Part shown: piece by piece, positions 1 to 11,251 of the stretch
Layout: the number at the start of each line of letters is the position of its first letter
Numbering within the stretch: the first letter of the stretch is position 1
Source of the DNA: Tubulanus polymorphus
Taxonomy: Eukaryota; Animalia; Nemertea
NCBI RefSeq assembly: GCF_964204645.1
Contig: NC_134028.1
Coordinates: forward strand, 13,315,263 to 13,379,262
Direction of reading: 5' to 3'
DNA: 64,000 nucleotides
Made by a program: the position numbers and the translations under genes
The notes under the pieces: model-generated
Seen by the model: only the letters and a program-made list of their open reading frames with translations
The model's database searches: none
Told to the model about the DNA's origin: nothing

Positions 1-600
1 GTGTCGCAGGCGATAAAACCGAAATATTGAAGTGTCGCAGGCGATAAAACCGCGACAAAAAAAAAATTGTCGCGGGCGATAAAACCAAAATAATGAATTG
101 TCGCGGGCGATAAAACCAAAATACTGAATTGTCGCGGGTGACAAAACCAAAATATTGAATTGTCGCAGACGATAAAACCGCAACAAAAAAAAATTGTCGC
201 AGACGATAAAACCAAAATAATGAATTGTCGCGGGCGATAAAACCAAAATAATGAATTTACGCGGGCGATAAAACCAAAATAATGAATTGTCGCTGGTGAT
301 AAAACCAAAATATTGAATTGTTGCAGGCGATAAAACCAAAATAATGAATTGTCGCGGGCGATAAAACCAAAATAATGAATTGTCGCTGGTGATAAAACCA
401 AAATATTGAATGTCGCAGGCAATAAAACCGCGACAAAAAAAAATTGTCGCAGGCGATAAAACCAAAATAATGAATTGTCGCGTGCAACAAAACCCAAATA
501 ATGAACTGTCGCGGGCGATAAAACCAAAATAATGAATTGTCGCGGGCGATAAAACCAAAATAATGAATTGTCCCGGGCGACAAAACCAAAATTATTGTTT
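1..600. repeat. Minisatellite array, ~31-bp unit TGTCGCGGGCGATAAAACCAAAATAATGAAT with interspersed ~35-bp variant units
   Basis: About 18 tandem copies visible; array runs off the window start. ORF 257..589 is only the translated repeat. Confidence 0.9.
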
Positions 601-694
601 TGTCGCGTTATTTTAGTTTTGTCGTTTTGTCATAATGTCGCCCTCATTTGCATATACGTGTTTTTTTTACGCATGGCCCTTATCAGCCACCATA

Positions 695-1036
695 CTAAAG
701 CCTTAAGGTCGCGTAAAACTCGATAAACACTTCAAGCGACACAGCGAACGATCTCCTTTCCCCCACAGCGAACGCTTAACCTAGTAGAGGCTACTAGCCT
801 ATGTAGGCCTAACATCCGGACAGATTGGTCGTAGGCCTATTGAATAACAACCCACCTAAATATCGTTAATTTTGTTTAAAGTTCAATCCAATGAGTCCGT
901 TAATAAACGCAACAATTATACTGTGTTTGTTTGAGACAGTAAAGCTCAGTACCGGTAGGCCTAAAGCCGCGTCAAACTCGATAAACACTTCAAGCGACAC
1001 AGCGAACGATCCCTTTCCCCCACAGCGAACGCTTAC
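695..1036. repeat. ~75-bp direct repeat pair (~697-778 and ~961-1036)
   Basis: AACTCGATAAACACTTCAAGCGACACAGCGAACGAT...CCCCACAGCGAACGCTTA occurs twice. Confidence 0.75.
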
Positions 1037-1909
1037 TCCGAATGTCAAGTGTGAGTCCAGCATACGGAAAGGATTGTGTTATATACTTGTATTTAGTAAA
1101 TACCTTGTGCATTTGACAATGATCGGTATGTACTGTAGGAAATATAGAGTATTGATGGTATTGATATAGAGGTTGAAGCCCGCGGCCGAATAAAGTAATA
1201 TATTCTTTTATTTTGATACCTCGTCGACATAACAGCTTTTCTCCGCTATATCTCTTCGGCGTGTTTAGTTTAGGCCTACGATTCCCCGGTACACTAAAGA
1301 TTTATCTTAGTAAATACACGGTTAATTCGGTAAAGAAAAATAGGTATTGTTAAACTAACTCCTTGAAACCCGCAGCCAAATCACTGGTAGTAATAAATTA
1401 ATTTGTACTCGATTTGATTCTCATGATGAGGAGAAACTCGCAGCTGATCCCCGGAACGACGATGTAGTAACACACGTCGATTCGTCGATGTTTACGGCTC
1501 GACAGTGCTTTTAACATCTAAAGTAGTAAATTTCCAGTGTATCGGTAATATGATCTGATGAGGAAAATGGGCTATTGTTAAAATCACTGTTTGAAGACCG
1601 CGACTGAATGTGAAGTCTGCGGCAATAAATTAGTTCATTTATACTTGAATTGATAATCGAAGTGACAGTCGGCCTGCGGGTTGATTTCGGGATGACGACT
1701 CGAAAAACATGTCGCCCCATTGAATGGGGCTAAATTTTCGATGTTTACGGCCCGACAGCGCTTTTGTAACGATGATTCGTGAAAAAACACGCGGGCTATT
1801 TGTAGATCTCAGTGAGCTGAACGATATTATATGGATTGTATATGAAACAGCGGTAAGGTAACAAAGCCTATGTTCTTTTGGCAAAAATAGTGTGGAAGAA
1901 AATAATAAT

Positions 1910-2110
1910 AATAATAATCACGCGGATATCAATAGGGTTTTCTGTGAAATAACAGAAAACCCTAATAATAATCACGCGGATATCAATAGGGTTTTCTGTG
2001 AAATAACAGAAAACCCTAATAATAATCACGCGGATATCAATAGGGTTTTCTGTGAAATAACAGAAAACCCTAAATATAACTGCAAAGCAGCGATAACGGG
2101 TTTTCTGCAC
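1910..2110 (-). mobile_element. Helentron-type (HINE/DINE-like) ends: one 3' end abutting three tandem 54-bp copies of the 5' hairpin
   Basis: Minus strand reads GCAGAAAACCCGTTATCGCTGCTTTGCAGTTATATT, then 3x TAGGGTTTTCTGT-TATTTC-ACAGAAAACCCTATTG. Same architecture as the ends at 30131 and 35068-35101. Confidence 0.65.
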
Positions 2111-2246
2111 AGTCTTTGAATCCTGTTCAATGGTTAATACAGTTTTATAAGAGGAAGCTCGACAAACAGTCAATTAGACCTTCTTGAAACCATGGACAAC
2201 TGAACCAGATGTCTTATTTGACTCTGGAAAATCGACTGTTAGGCGA

Positions 2247-5200
2247 CGGTTCCTGAACTTCGCTGAAAAAGCTGAAACGCTGAAATAAAAACGCTGAAAT
2301 TTCAGGGAATTTCCGAAAAACGCCGAAATTTCAGGGAATTCCCGAAAAACGCTGAAATCGTGCTAGGTACCGACAATACACGTTTTGAAATGTTTTCGGG
2401 GCCGGTGTCCGCTGACGAGTCCTGAACCGTGTTTTATGCTCTACCTTGGGTTACAGAGACATGCCTTAAGGTCGTCGTCATGTTCGACTTGATCGATTGC
2501 GGATTGGCAATTTGGTTGATGTTTGCCTGTGAACGGAATCTTTTGACGAGCTAATGCTATACAGTGTGAGTAGGTTCGAATCCCATTTTGTGCTTCGGGC
2601 GCAATTGATACCTACTTTGCGGTCTGTTCATAGTGGGTGTACAATCATAGCTTCCAACTGTAATTTCCACTCATGCTACGGTTATTGCCGTTGTTTAATT
2701 AAACCCCAAAAGTTTGATTTTTGGTTCTGGCCGTGGAGAATAGAATACACGGAATTTAGAGAATTGGACCATCTACCGCCACGACTGAAACCTATAAGTG
2801 AAGATCGAAACAATACAGTAATACTTTTTCACGTTTGAAATTTGTTTTATCAATAAGAAAAATGAATAGCAAAAAACAAAAACTTGACAATAATCAAAAT
2901 AAAAACGATTTACGTTGCTCAAAAGATTAAAAAATTCGATAAATTCGGATCACCAGCAGGGGATGGGAAATTTTGTCAATTGAACGAAATGCGAATAATG
3001 TGTTTTCGAACTTAAAAACGTTTTTCACTAGCAAAACGTTTTCTGTTTCTTTGATTAAATTTGATTTAATGTTTCTTTGATTTCTTTGATTTAATGTTAT
3101 TAATTTACAGTAGGCCTACCGGCCCTACACCAAGACGAAATCATTTTAGAAAGCACCATGGTGCCTTCTAAAGCCTCACGGAAAATTATCGTAATAAATG
3201 GATTCCGTATCCTATATTTACAGTGAATCAAGAGGTTTTAAACCTATAGGCCTATCTAATGCACATAGAACCAAAGTCAGTGCGACTTATAATAAAAATA
3301 AACTGTAAATTATCATGTGAGTTATCATTTGACATCAACTGATATCAGTTTTTGTATCGGCTAAAGCCCAACGCACACGGCAAAACATTTGTTTAGCCGA
3401 AACAGAAAACGTTTTTCAGAAAACGTTTTTGCTAGTGAAAAACGTTTTTAAGTTCGGCGTTTTGTTTTGCCTCCCCCGCACACGGCATAACAAAAAAAAC
3501 GTTTTTTTCACGAAAAAAAACGTTTTTTTTTTCGGTGCCGTGTGCGTTGGGCTTAATGATATACGTTGTTTCTCATAATCAGCTGAAATGATTCTTAATT
3601 TGTAAACTGCAATAAAATTTGAAATCAGTTCCTGCCAGGTCTGCAATTTTTGTAGTACCTTCATGGAGTACAGAGCTACGTATTACAGAGCTATTCGTCC
3701 GTGCCCAAGAGAACGGTAGACCATGTGTAGTTTGAGACCAAGAAATATACCCCGATTTAGAAGTCCAACTTTGAATAAGCAACCGTTTTCTGAAAACTAC
3801 TAATTTTCTCCTACGCGGAATATTTAATCAACAAATGCATCAAATGCATCTAAAGATACTGAAATAATTCGGTTTTATTTTTCTAGTCTTATCCTCTAAC
3901 CACAACTAAAGGACGGTTGACTGTTGTTTCTCGATTTCAAGCTAGGAACAGGAGTCGGAATCGGGAAGTTGGAAGTACTGAGACGAGGTCCGACTTAGAA
4001 AACCCTATACATTCAGAATTTCTTGGAATAATCATAACACCCCCTGAGACAATGTGTCAATTTCAGTGGTACATTGGTAGTGGAGTTAATCCTTCCGTGA
4101 AAGTGAACACGGGCACCGTAGCACGACAATCCTAAAATGAAATATCACAAAACAACCTTTTAAGAAACATTCGAACTCGCCTGAATTATCATTTGGATGA
4201 TTTATCAACATAATGACAGTTTTAAATTACCAGAAAAGCTAGTTAGCCTAATATTAAATTTCGTTTATCGTACCGAAGGTACGTTCGGCAAATCTTTCCA
4301 GATCCGTTCTAACTTACGATAGCTGAAATCACAGGAAAAAGATATTTCCTGCAAGTTAATAATTTGTGCCCAAAAAGGTCAAAGAAATTCTGAAAGACAT
4401 CACTACTTTTCAGCTGCACCAAAGTATACGGTGCCAACTTGACTTACTCCTGCGCTGCATCTATGAACCCTGCATAGATTTCGAATGACGCGCTCGTGGT
4501 ACCGGGATTAGATCTGTAGAAGTAACATTAGCAATAAATGGTGAATGTTGAACCTGGTACTATCATTCACGGTACCGCTTCATTCCGTTCACAGGCAAAC
4601 ATCATCCTTTTATAGATTCAGTGGTAGTCTAAAAATAAGAATCGGTACATTTTTCTAACAGTTGGTAGGCCTATGTCATTTCTTTAAAAAAAAAACTAAT
4701 TATTGTCACACCACAGCAAATAAATTATTCACAGTTATTGAATGGTTTGCCCGATTTAGATTAATTGGTTGACGCTAATCAGTATGACCCATACGTAGGG
4801 GCCTACTGCATGTCGTTGGCGTCAATCCATTCCATTCCACAGTGATTTAAAAAGAAATTTAGTTAGATCCCTTTTGTCCAAAAGCTGCATCATTTATATA
4901 ACTAGCTGTCAAATTTAATTTACCTCCTTCAGAGAATACCGATACGCCGGTCACAATCCTCTCCTTAGTCGTATAATAATATAAGCAATAATCGGTCCCT
5001 GGCGAGAGAACGTGTCCGCGCACAAACCCAAGTAAACTAGAATACCGGAAATTTTGAATGGATATAACAATACAAGATGAATTTATTTACCTTAATATTT
5101 AAACACAGCTCTCCAGTTAAACACAATCCAAATCCTAGCTCTAAATTCCTATTGCACTCTCCTGCTGGTAACCCGTCCTGAATCAAGTCCCAACAAGCTT

Positions 5201-6658
5201 TTAGCAAGTAACTATCGAATCTCTATCGAGTGTCTTTTGAGTGTCTACCGAGTGTCTGCTCTCTCAAGATTCGGGTCCCTTTTATAGAAAGAATCGGCAT
5301 TCTTAAAATACCGACTCTCCCACTCGACTTTTGGCAAGGAGCAGCAACCTAACTGTCATGACTGTTTTGGTCATATAAAATTTAGCCTTATTGATTCGCT
5401 GATCTAATATTATTTGAGAAACTGATTTGCTGAACTAACTTTTTCCTTCCAACCCTCCTGTCATGACGCGGAATGATTTACTCACTCCTTGCTTATCATC
5501 GTTGAGAGAACAGCTATTCTCTGCGAGTTACCAACAGCCGTATACAACAAGAGAAACTTTAGAGAGCTAGTATTATCATTTAACACAAATTAATTTTCTT
5601 AAAACTTTAGCGATTATAGAGACTTTTTTCTCAATTAACATCTAGGATATTCCAATTAAATATATTTTCGAAACTTTAGTATTTGTCTCAAATTACGGTA
5701 CCACTGATTATTTCTTTTTGAATCATTATAAATACTTTTGATTCGGAACTTCATTATGATCCATTATCTCTCTTAAAATCATTCTATAACTGTTATACTA
5801 AATAAATTTGATTACAATACGGGATAAAGCAAAACAACAATATCTCCCCATACTTCCGTTTTTCTTTTTATAGAAAGTAGTCGGGAGTATCATGAAGTAA
5901 CAGCGTGATTCTTTCACCAGCCGCATAATTAATGCAACCCATTGTTCCGACCAAATACGGTTCCGTCTATTCTTAAGTTTATAAAAAGATTTCTGAATGT
6001 TTGCCAGATATCGCAGCAGAAGAACCGAGAAAGAATTATTTTTACACCAGGCTGATTTATGGTCAGCGCTGATAGATCAAAGCATCAAACAACAACCTGC
6101 TTACTACATCTTACTACGTTTGTTGTCTGAAACCATTAATAACCACCAACGCATTCAGGAAATCAACATTACAAACATTTTTTAGCTACTACGAAATCTT
6201 GTTGCGGATCAATACCATAGTCCGTCGCCCGTCAACGTGTTGACAAACGAAAAGTTGCTCCATGTTTTATACATGAACGTTCAAATAAGATATTTTGCGT
6301 CTTGCAGGGAATACTGAGCATAGTGTTTAAGTTGGCTTGCACGGTTTGTGAATGGGTTTTCCTCATTATGCTGCCTGTATGCATTAAAAATCCGGATTTC
6401 AAGCGAATTAATTTGTCCAACAAGTGGAAGTATACTCCACACATACTATCCATGCATGTCTCTGTAACCGAAGGTAGAGACTAAAACACAGTTCAGGACT
6501 CGGCAGCGGACACCGGCCCGGAAAATATTTCAAAACGTGTATTGTCGGTACCTAGCACGATTTCAGCGTTTTTCGGGAATTCCCTGAAATTTCGGCGTTT
6601 TTATTTCAGCGTTTCAGCGTTTCAATGATTCAGCTTTTTCAGCGAAGTTCAGGAACCG
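2247..6658. mobile_element. Non-autonomous MULE/Mutator-like DNA transposon
   Basis: ~180-190-bp TIRs (CGGTTCCTGAACTTCGCTGAAAAAGCTGAA...), perfect 9-bp TSD GTTAGGCGA at 2238-2246 and 6659-6667; no transposase ORF inside. Confidence 0.85.
3365..3553. mobile_element. PIF/Harbinger-type MITE
   Basis: 18-bp TIR AGCCCAACGCACACGGCA, TAA TSD on both sides; related fragments near 60000-60055 and 61040-61102. Confidence 0.8.
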
Positions 6659-7490
6659 GTTAGGCGATAATCACTCTTTATGATTTCGACAAAGCATTTA
6701 ATAAGGTACAACATCAGCCATTACTAAACAAGGCTATTAGGAAACAGTATCAATGATAGGTTGCCGAAATGGCTCAGCATTATCTCTGAACGAAAACTTG
6801 TAGCCGAAATCAACGGAACGCTTCATCTTGGATTAAGTCGGTCTAACTAGTCGAGTCACGCAAGGTAGTATCCTAAGTCGTCTTCTGTTTAATGTCCTGA
6901 CAAATGACATACACAGTAATCCAAAATATACCAGACCGAGTAAATTTCCAAAACGACCTTAACACGCTGTTCGACCAAAACACTTAATGATCCGACAAGA
7001 AAATCTTGTACGCTTTTTGTTTGAACCAAAACTTTTCTTCATTCTGAAAGCTTTGTTATTGTTGAAATGAAAAACTTTTTGTCCCGGCAAAAAAATTTGG
7101 TTGAGCGAAAACAATTTTTTCGAACGAATGTTTGAATGAAAACAATTCTGTTCGGTTGAACGAAATACTTAATACTTTTGGTTCGGAGAAAAAACTTTTT
7201 ACAATATACTTGTTCGAACGAAAAACTTAATGTTCTGAAAAGAAAATTCTGATCAAATTCAAACGATTCTGTTCAATCGAAGAATTGTCCGAACAAAAAA
7301 CCTTTCGTTTGGACAAAAAAAAGTTTGTTCAACTTTTTTCTAACGTTTTTTTCGAATTGGTTCAATCGAACAGAATATTGTTGGTTGGAACGAAAATTTT
7401 GTTTTAAATTTTGTTCCGACAAAAGAATTTTCAAGCGAAAGGTCTTTTGAACGAAAAAAAAGATATTTCTGGGGCTCCGCAGTAACTTAA

Positions 7491-7817
7491 AGCCGGACGT
7501 AGGTCAGCCTTGTGACGCGATGCGATCCTCGCGTTGCATCGCAAGTTTCGGTGCAAGTCGGTTGCGATACGATTGTCAGCGACTGTGTGCGACTGTTTCT
7601 GCCAGTCGCAAGAGCGCGTCGGTTGGTTGTGACAGTCGTGTCGCGTCGCAGAAAGTAGAACACGTGCGACTCCTTGTGACTGGCGTTGCTGAAAGTCGCA
7701 ACCCGTCGCAAGGGAGCGTAGGTCGATGAGTCGTTGCGACACAATCGTCGCTGGCGGTCGCAGTGATAGGCGTCGCAGTGAATCACAAGCCGTCGCAAGG
7801 CCGACCTACGCCCTGCT
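7491..7817. mobile_element. PIF/Harbinger-type MITE (GC-rich, GTCGCA/TGCGAC motifs)
   Basis: Imperfect ~27-bp TIR AGCCGGACGTAGGTCAGCCTTGTGACG / CGTCGCAAGGCCGACCTACGCCCTGCT, TAA TSD. Confidence 0.8.
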
Positions 7818-8085
7818 TAAATCATAAGAAATTAATGAAATACCAGTTTCATTTATGATGAAAAAACTCAAATGAAGAGTCTGGCTTATAAAGCTGTCTG
7901 CTCAGACGAAATTTGTAAAAAAATCTTCATTTTTGGCAATAAAATTGATAATTGTGATTGATCGTTGCAAGTCACAACCAGTTAATCACTAATTAACATG
8001 CATTTTAATAAATCTTGATTCCTCCTTTACAGTGAACTTAGCTTTAACCTAGTAGAGTTTTTAATGTTAAATAATGAAAATAAGT

Positions 8086-8584
8086 TATCATTATTCATAT
8101 TTCTAATATGACTTTTAGATTTTAAATGTTCTTTATAATATCTTTTATCACTGAATGTTTGATTACATGTATCACATTTATATATTTCTTTTTCATTCTT
8201 TAATTCATCTTATTTAGTTTCTAATATATCATCTTTATATTCTAACTTTAATTTATTTTCTAAATGTGTTCTAGTTTTATTGTGTCTTGCTTTTTGGGAT
8301 TTATCTACATTGATTTTACATGTTGGACAGTAGTACTTCTTATTTGCTTCCATTTTAATATCAAATTTTCTATTAAAATTGATTTTAGAAATTATTCATT
8401 TATATGTTATTCATATATGTGAATATTTTAAGAGTAATAGGGATAATAGGGGTTCAGGTTAAAGGTTGACGGGGCGAGTGAGTAAAAAATAAAAAATAAA
8501 TTCGAGCGTGCGAGAATGTATTTTTCATTTTTTATGAGCTCGACCCTTCGAACTTTGGCCTGAACCCCTATTATCCCTATTACT
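8086..8584 (-). mobile_element. Polinton remnant: terminal fold-back (8433-8584) plus the 5' end of pPolB (ATG at 8353, two zinc fingers)
   Basis: Closely similar to 28400-28690 and 38214-38560; encodes MEANKKYYCPTCKINVDKSQKARHNKTRTH; ends in ...CCCTATTACT. Confidence 0.9.
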
Positions 8585-9429
8585 CGCAATGAACCCGGGG
8601 ACAATGTGCGGGCGGCAATAACCTATTACATGTTCTATCACAAGGCGAGCATACGCGGTCCGGGTGTCCAAAGGTGGACACGGGGACACGCGGGCAACGG
8701 TTCTTGCATTTTTCACTTAAAACTGGAAAGCGTAACTGATCGACTTAGTGTTCTACTCTGGCGGCGCTTGAAGTAGCCCGGAGAGTCCGATTGAACGGTT
8801 TGTTGTTCAATCTCGCGCGCTGCTCGCCTTTTATAGAACGCGATTGTCCCCCTGCGCTCTCATTGGCTGGAACAAAGCTCGGACACGCGTGATTGGTCAC
8901 GCGTGCCACGTGACTTCGAGGTTGGCTGAGTTCCAGCGACAATGAGGGCGGAGCCGGGCAACCGCGCGCCGGCTACAAAAAAAGTCGCTGCGGACACGAG
9001 AAAGAAACAACAAAACAACTTATGATTAAACGGTAAATAAATGCTATACATCAGCAAAGAAATATGTTCTAGGAAAAAAATAGAGTTAGAAGGGTTCGAA
9101 CCCGCACCCCGAAAGGTATACAAAATAATTACAATACAATTCAACCAGAAGGGTTAAAAAGAATAGATGCGGGCCCGGAATAACCGGACGCGAAACATCG
9201 ACCAATTTACACGGACATTTCACGATGCTACGCGGTCTCGATGAATTAATATGGATAAACAAAAGGCATTAAACAGGGGTGCGATTTAAGAATAGGGGAC
9301 TATAGCGGGTGGTAGCTCCCGTAAATTGTCTATAGATGGTACCTTGCGATACTTAGCAATCCAAAAGGGACTGGTGGATAGATGGCGGTGCAACATAGCC
9401 TACATGATGATAAAGAGAACGTAGCTTTT

Positions 9430-9970
9430 AGGACTGACAACTCTACAGTTCTACACCTCAACAACTGACAAAGATATAGAGAGAATGTGGTTTTGATACA
9501 GACAACATTACAGCTCTACACCTCGACACCTCAACAACTGACAAATATATATAGAGAGAGAACGTGGTACATGTACAGACAACTCTACAGCTCTACGACT
9601 ACACCTCAAAAAATGTTGAACAGATCAAGATAAAAGATGAGTGAGTGTACTGTGTACAGTGTACCGTGTACTTTGTACTGTGAGTGGGAGAGTGAGTGTG
9701 TACGGTGAGTGAGAGTGAGAGTGTACTGTGAGTGAGTGACTGTGAGCGTTTACGGTGAGTGAGTGTGTACTGTGAGTGTCAGTGAGTGAAAGTGTTTGAG
9801 TGAGAGTGTACTGTGAGTGTCAGTGACTGTAAGCGTGTACGGTACTGTGAGAGTGAGTGTATTGTGAGAGTGAGTGTGTAGTTTGGGTGCGAGTGAGAGT
9901 GTCTAATAATTAAGAGTGAGTGTAAGTGCGTTCTGTGAGTGTGAGTGTGTACGGTACTGGAGTGTGTGTT
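9430..9970. repeat. Three degenerate ~65-bp tandem units followed by a (GT/GA)-rich low-complexity tract
   Basis: GACAACTCTACAG(T/C)TCTAC...CCTCAACAACTGACAAA recurs; 9640-9970 consists of GTGAGT/GTGTACT motifs. Confidence 0.7.
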
Positions 9971-10282
9971 AAGATCGTAGGTTTGATTGCTTAATAAATA
10001 TGATGCATGAAATTTGAGGATTGTATTAATTTTGTTTTATGTACCGTACGTAAATAAAATTAGCAGTTATGAATTGGTAATTGATGAGTTGTCGAATTGG
10101 TAATTGATGAGTTGTTTGTGGTTGTTTCATGAAAATGGGGGGGGGGACATCTACACCAAGTCCTTGTTCTTTCATCCTCGCTTGCCAGGGGTCCGGTATC
10201 ACTCCCGAACTCGCTTCCACCAGCCCCCTGGCCTCACGAAGCGTGATTTCATTACTGGCGCTGTTGCGCGTGACGTCATATA

Positions 10283-10549
10283 AGTAATAGGGATAATAGG
10301 CTTTCAGATCAAAGGTCGAACGGTCGAGCTCGTAAAAATGAAAAACATGAAAATAATAACAATTTCTAGTTGAATTACTCGCGAAACTCATAAAAATGAA
10401 AAATAAATTCTCACACGCTCGAATTTATTTTTCATTTTTATGAGTTTCACTCCTAATTCAAGTAGAAATTTTTATTATTTTCATGTTTTTCATTTTTTAC
10501 TCACCCGCCCCTTCAACCTTTAACCTGAAAGCCTATTATCCCTATTACT
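10283..10549. repeat. Left terminal fold-back palindrome (267 bp)
   Basis: AGTAATAGGGATAATAGGCTTTCAG ... CTGAAAGCCTATTATCCCTATTACT with paired internal arms around the loop TCACACGCTC. Confidence 0.9.
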
Positions 10550-10639
10550 CTTAAAATAATCATGTAAATGAATAACATTTAAATTGACAGATTATTCAAT
10601 ATAAAAGTGTAAGCTCTTATAGAATAGATATATAAATAG

Positions 10640-11251
10640 TTATTTTATAAATTTATATTCATATGGAAATTGTAGTCTCAGTAATAATTTTGAACCTTTA
10701 TTATTCTTTAATTTATTCATATATTCATCATGTAACTCAGTAGGTATAATTTGATTTTCTTCCAATGATTGTTGCATAGATTTTTTATCTTTGTTATAAA
10801 ATAAAACTAGAAATCTTATATTCTCCCTGAAGTCTTTAACAATTAAATTATATTTTTGATTTAAAACCCATGTTGTTATCCCAAAATGTCTCCCAGAGAA
10901 AGCTAAATAACATAACTCACTTTCTCTCACTTTTGAATCATGTAAATTTGCGCAATCATCTATAATGAATAATGTATTTGATCTTTTATAAGTATCAATT
11001 GCTATTTTAATACAATTATCTAAATTTTCTTTTACTGTTTTAGGATTCAATATAATAAACTTTTTTATCTTAACTATATCTCTATTGTATGTTTTATTCA
11101 TTTCATAAGTAGGACAGAATAATATTATATTATCAAAATGATTCTTATAAATAGTTTCTAAAAAATCTAATATGAAATGTGTTTTACCACAATTGGTTAC
11201 ACCAGTAACTAACATATTATGCGGTTCAAATATAAATAAATCTTTATTCAT
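10640..11251 (-). CDS. A32/FtsK-HerA-like genome packaging ATPase
   Basis: Walker A GVTNCGKT, Walker B FIIDD, family motif SGRHFGITTWVLNQ; intact 203 aa. Confidence 0.92.
   Translation of the reverse strand: MNKDLFIFEPHNMLVTGVTNCGKTHFILDFLETIYKNHFDNIILFCPTYEMNKTYNRDIVKIKKFIILNPKTVKENLDNCIKIAIDTYKRSNTLFIIDDCANLHDSKVRESELCYLAFSGRHFGITTWVLNQKYNLIVKDFRENIRFLVLFYNKDKKSMQQSLEENQIIPTELHDEYMNKLKNNKGSKLLLRLQFPYEYKFIK

Larger units (their letters stand above)
2170..6960 (+). pseudogene. Highly degenerate non-LTR (CR1-like) reverse transcriptase fragment split by the MULE-like insertion (pieces ~2170-2246 and 6659-6960)
   Basis: Right piece translates YDFDKAFNKVQHQPLLNK and SRVTQGSILSRLLFNVLTND, decayed forms of DFxKAFDxV and GVPQGSxLGPLLF. 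Confidence 0.6.

Noticed and set aside
1-600. CRISPR-like regular repeats and ORF 257..589
   Set aside because: Units are contiguous with no unique spacers, no cas genes, eukaryotic context; the ORF is repeat translation.
1868-2173. ORFs with 18-aa repeats on both strands
   Set aside because: By-product of a 54-bp repeat (multiple of three) with a DNA hairpin.
4907-5816. Possible solo LTR (TG...CA, minus-strand TATA and AATAAA)
   Set aside because: No TSD and no second copy in the window; boundaries cannot be supported.
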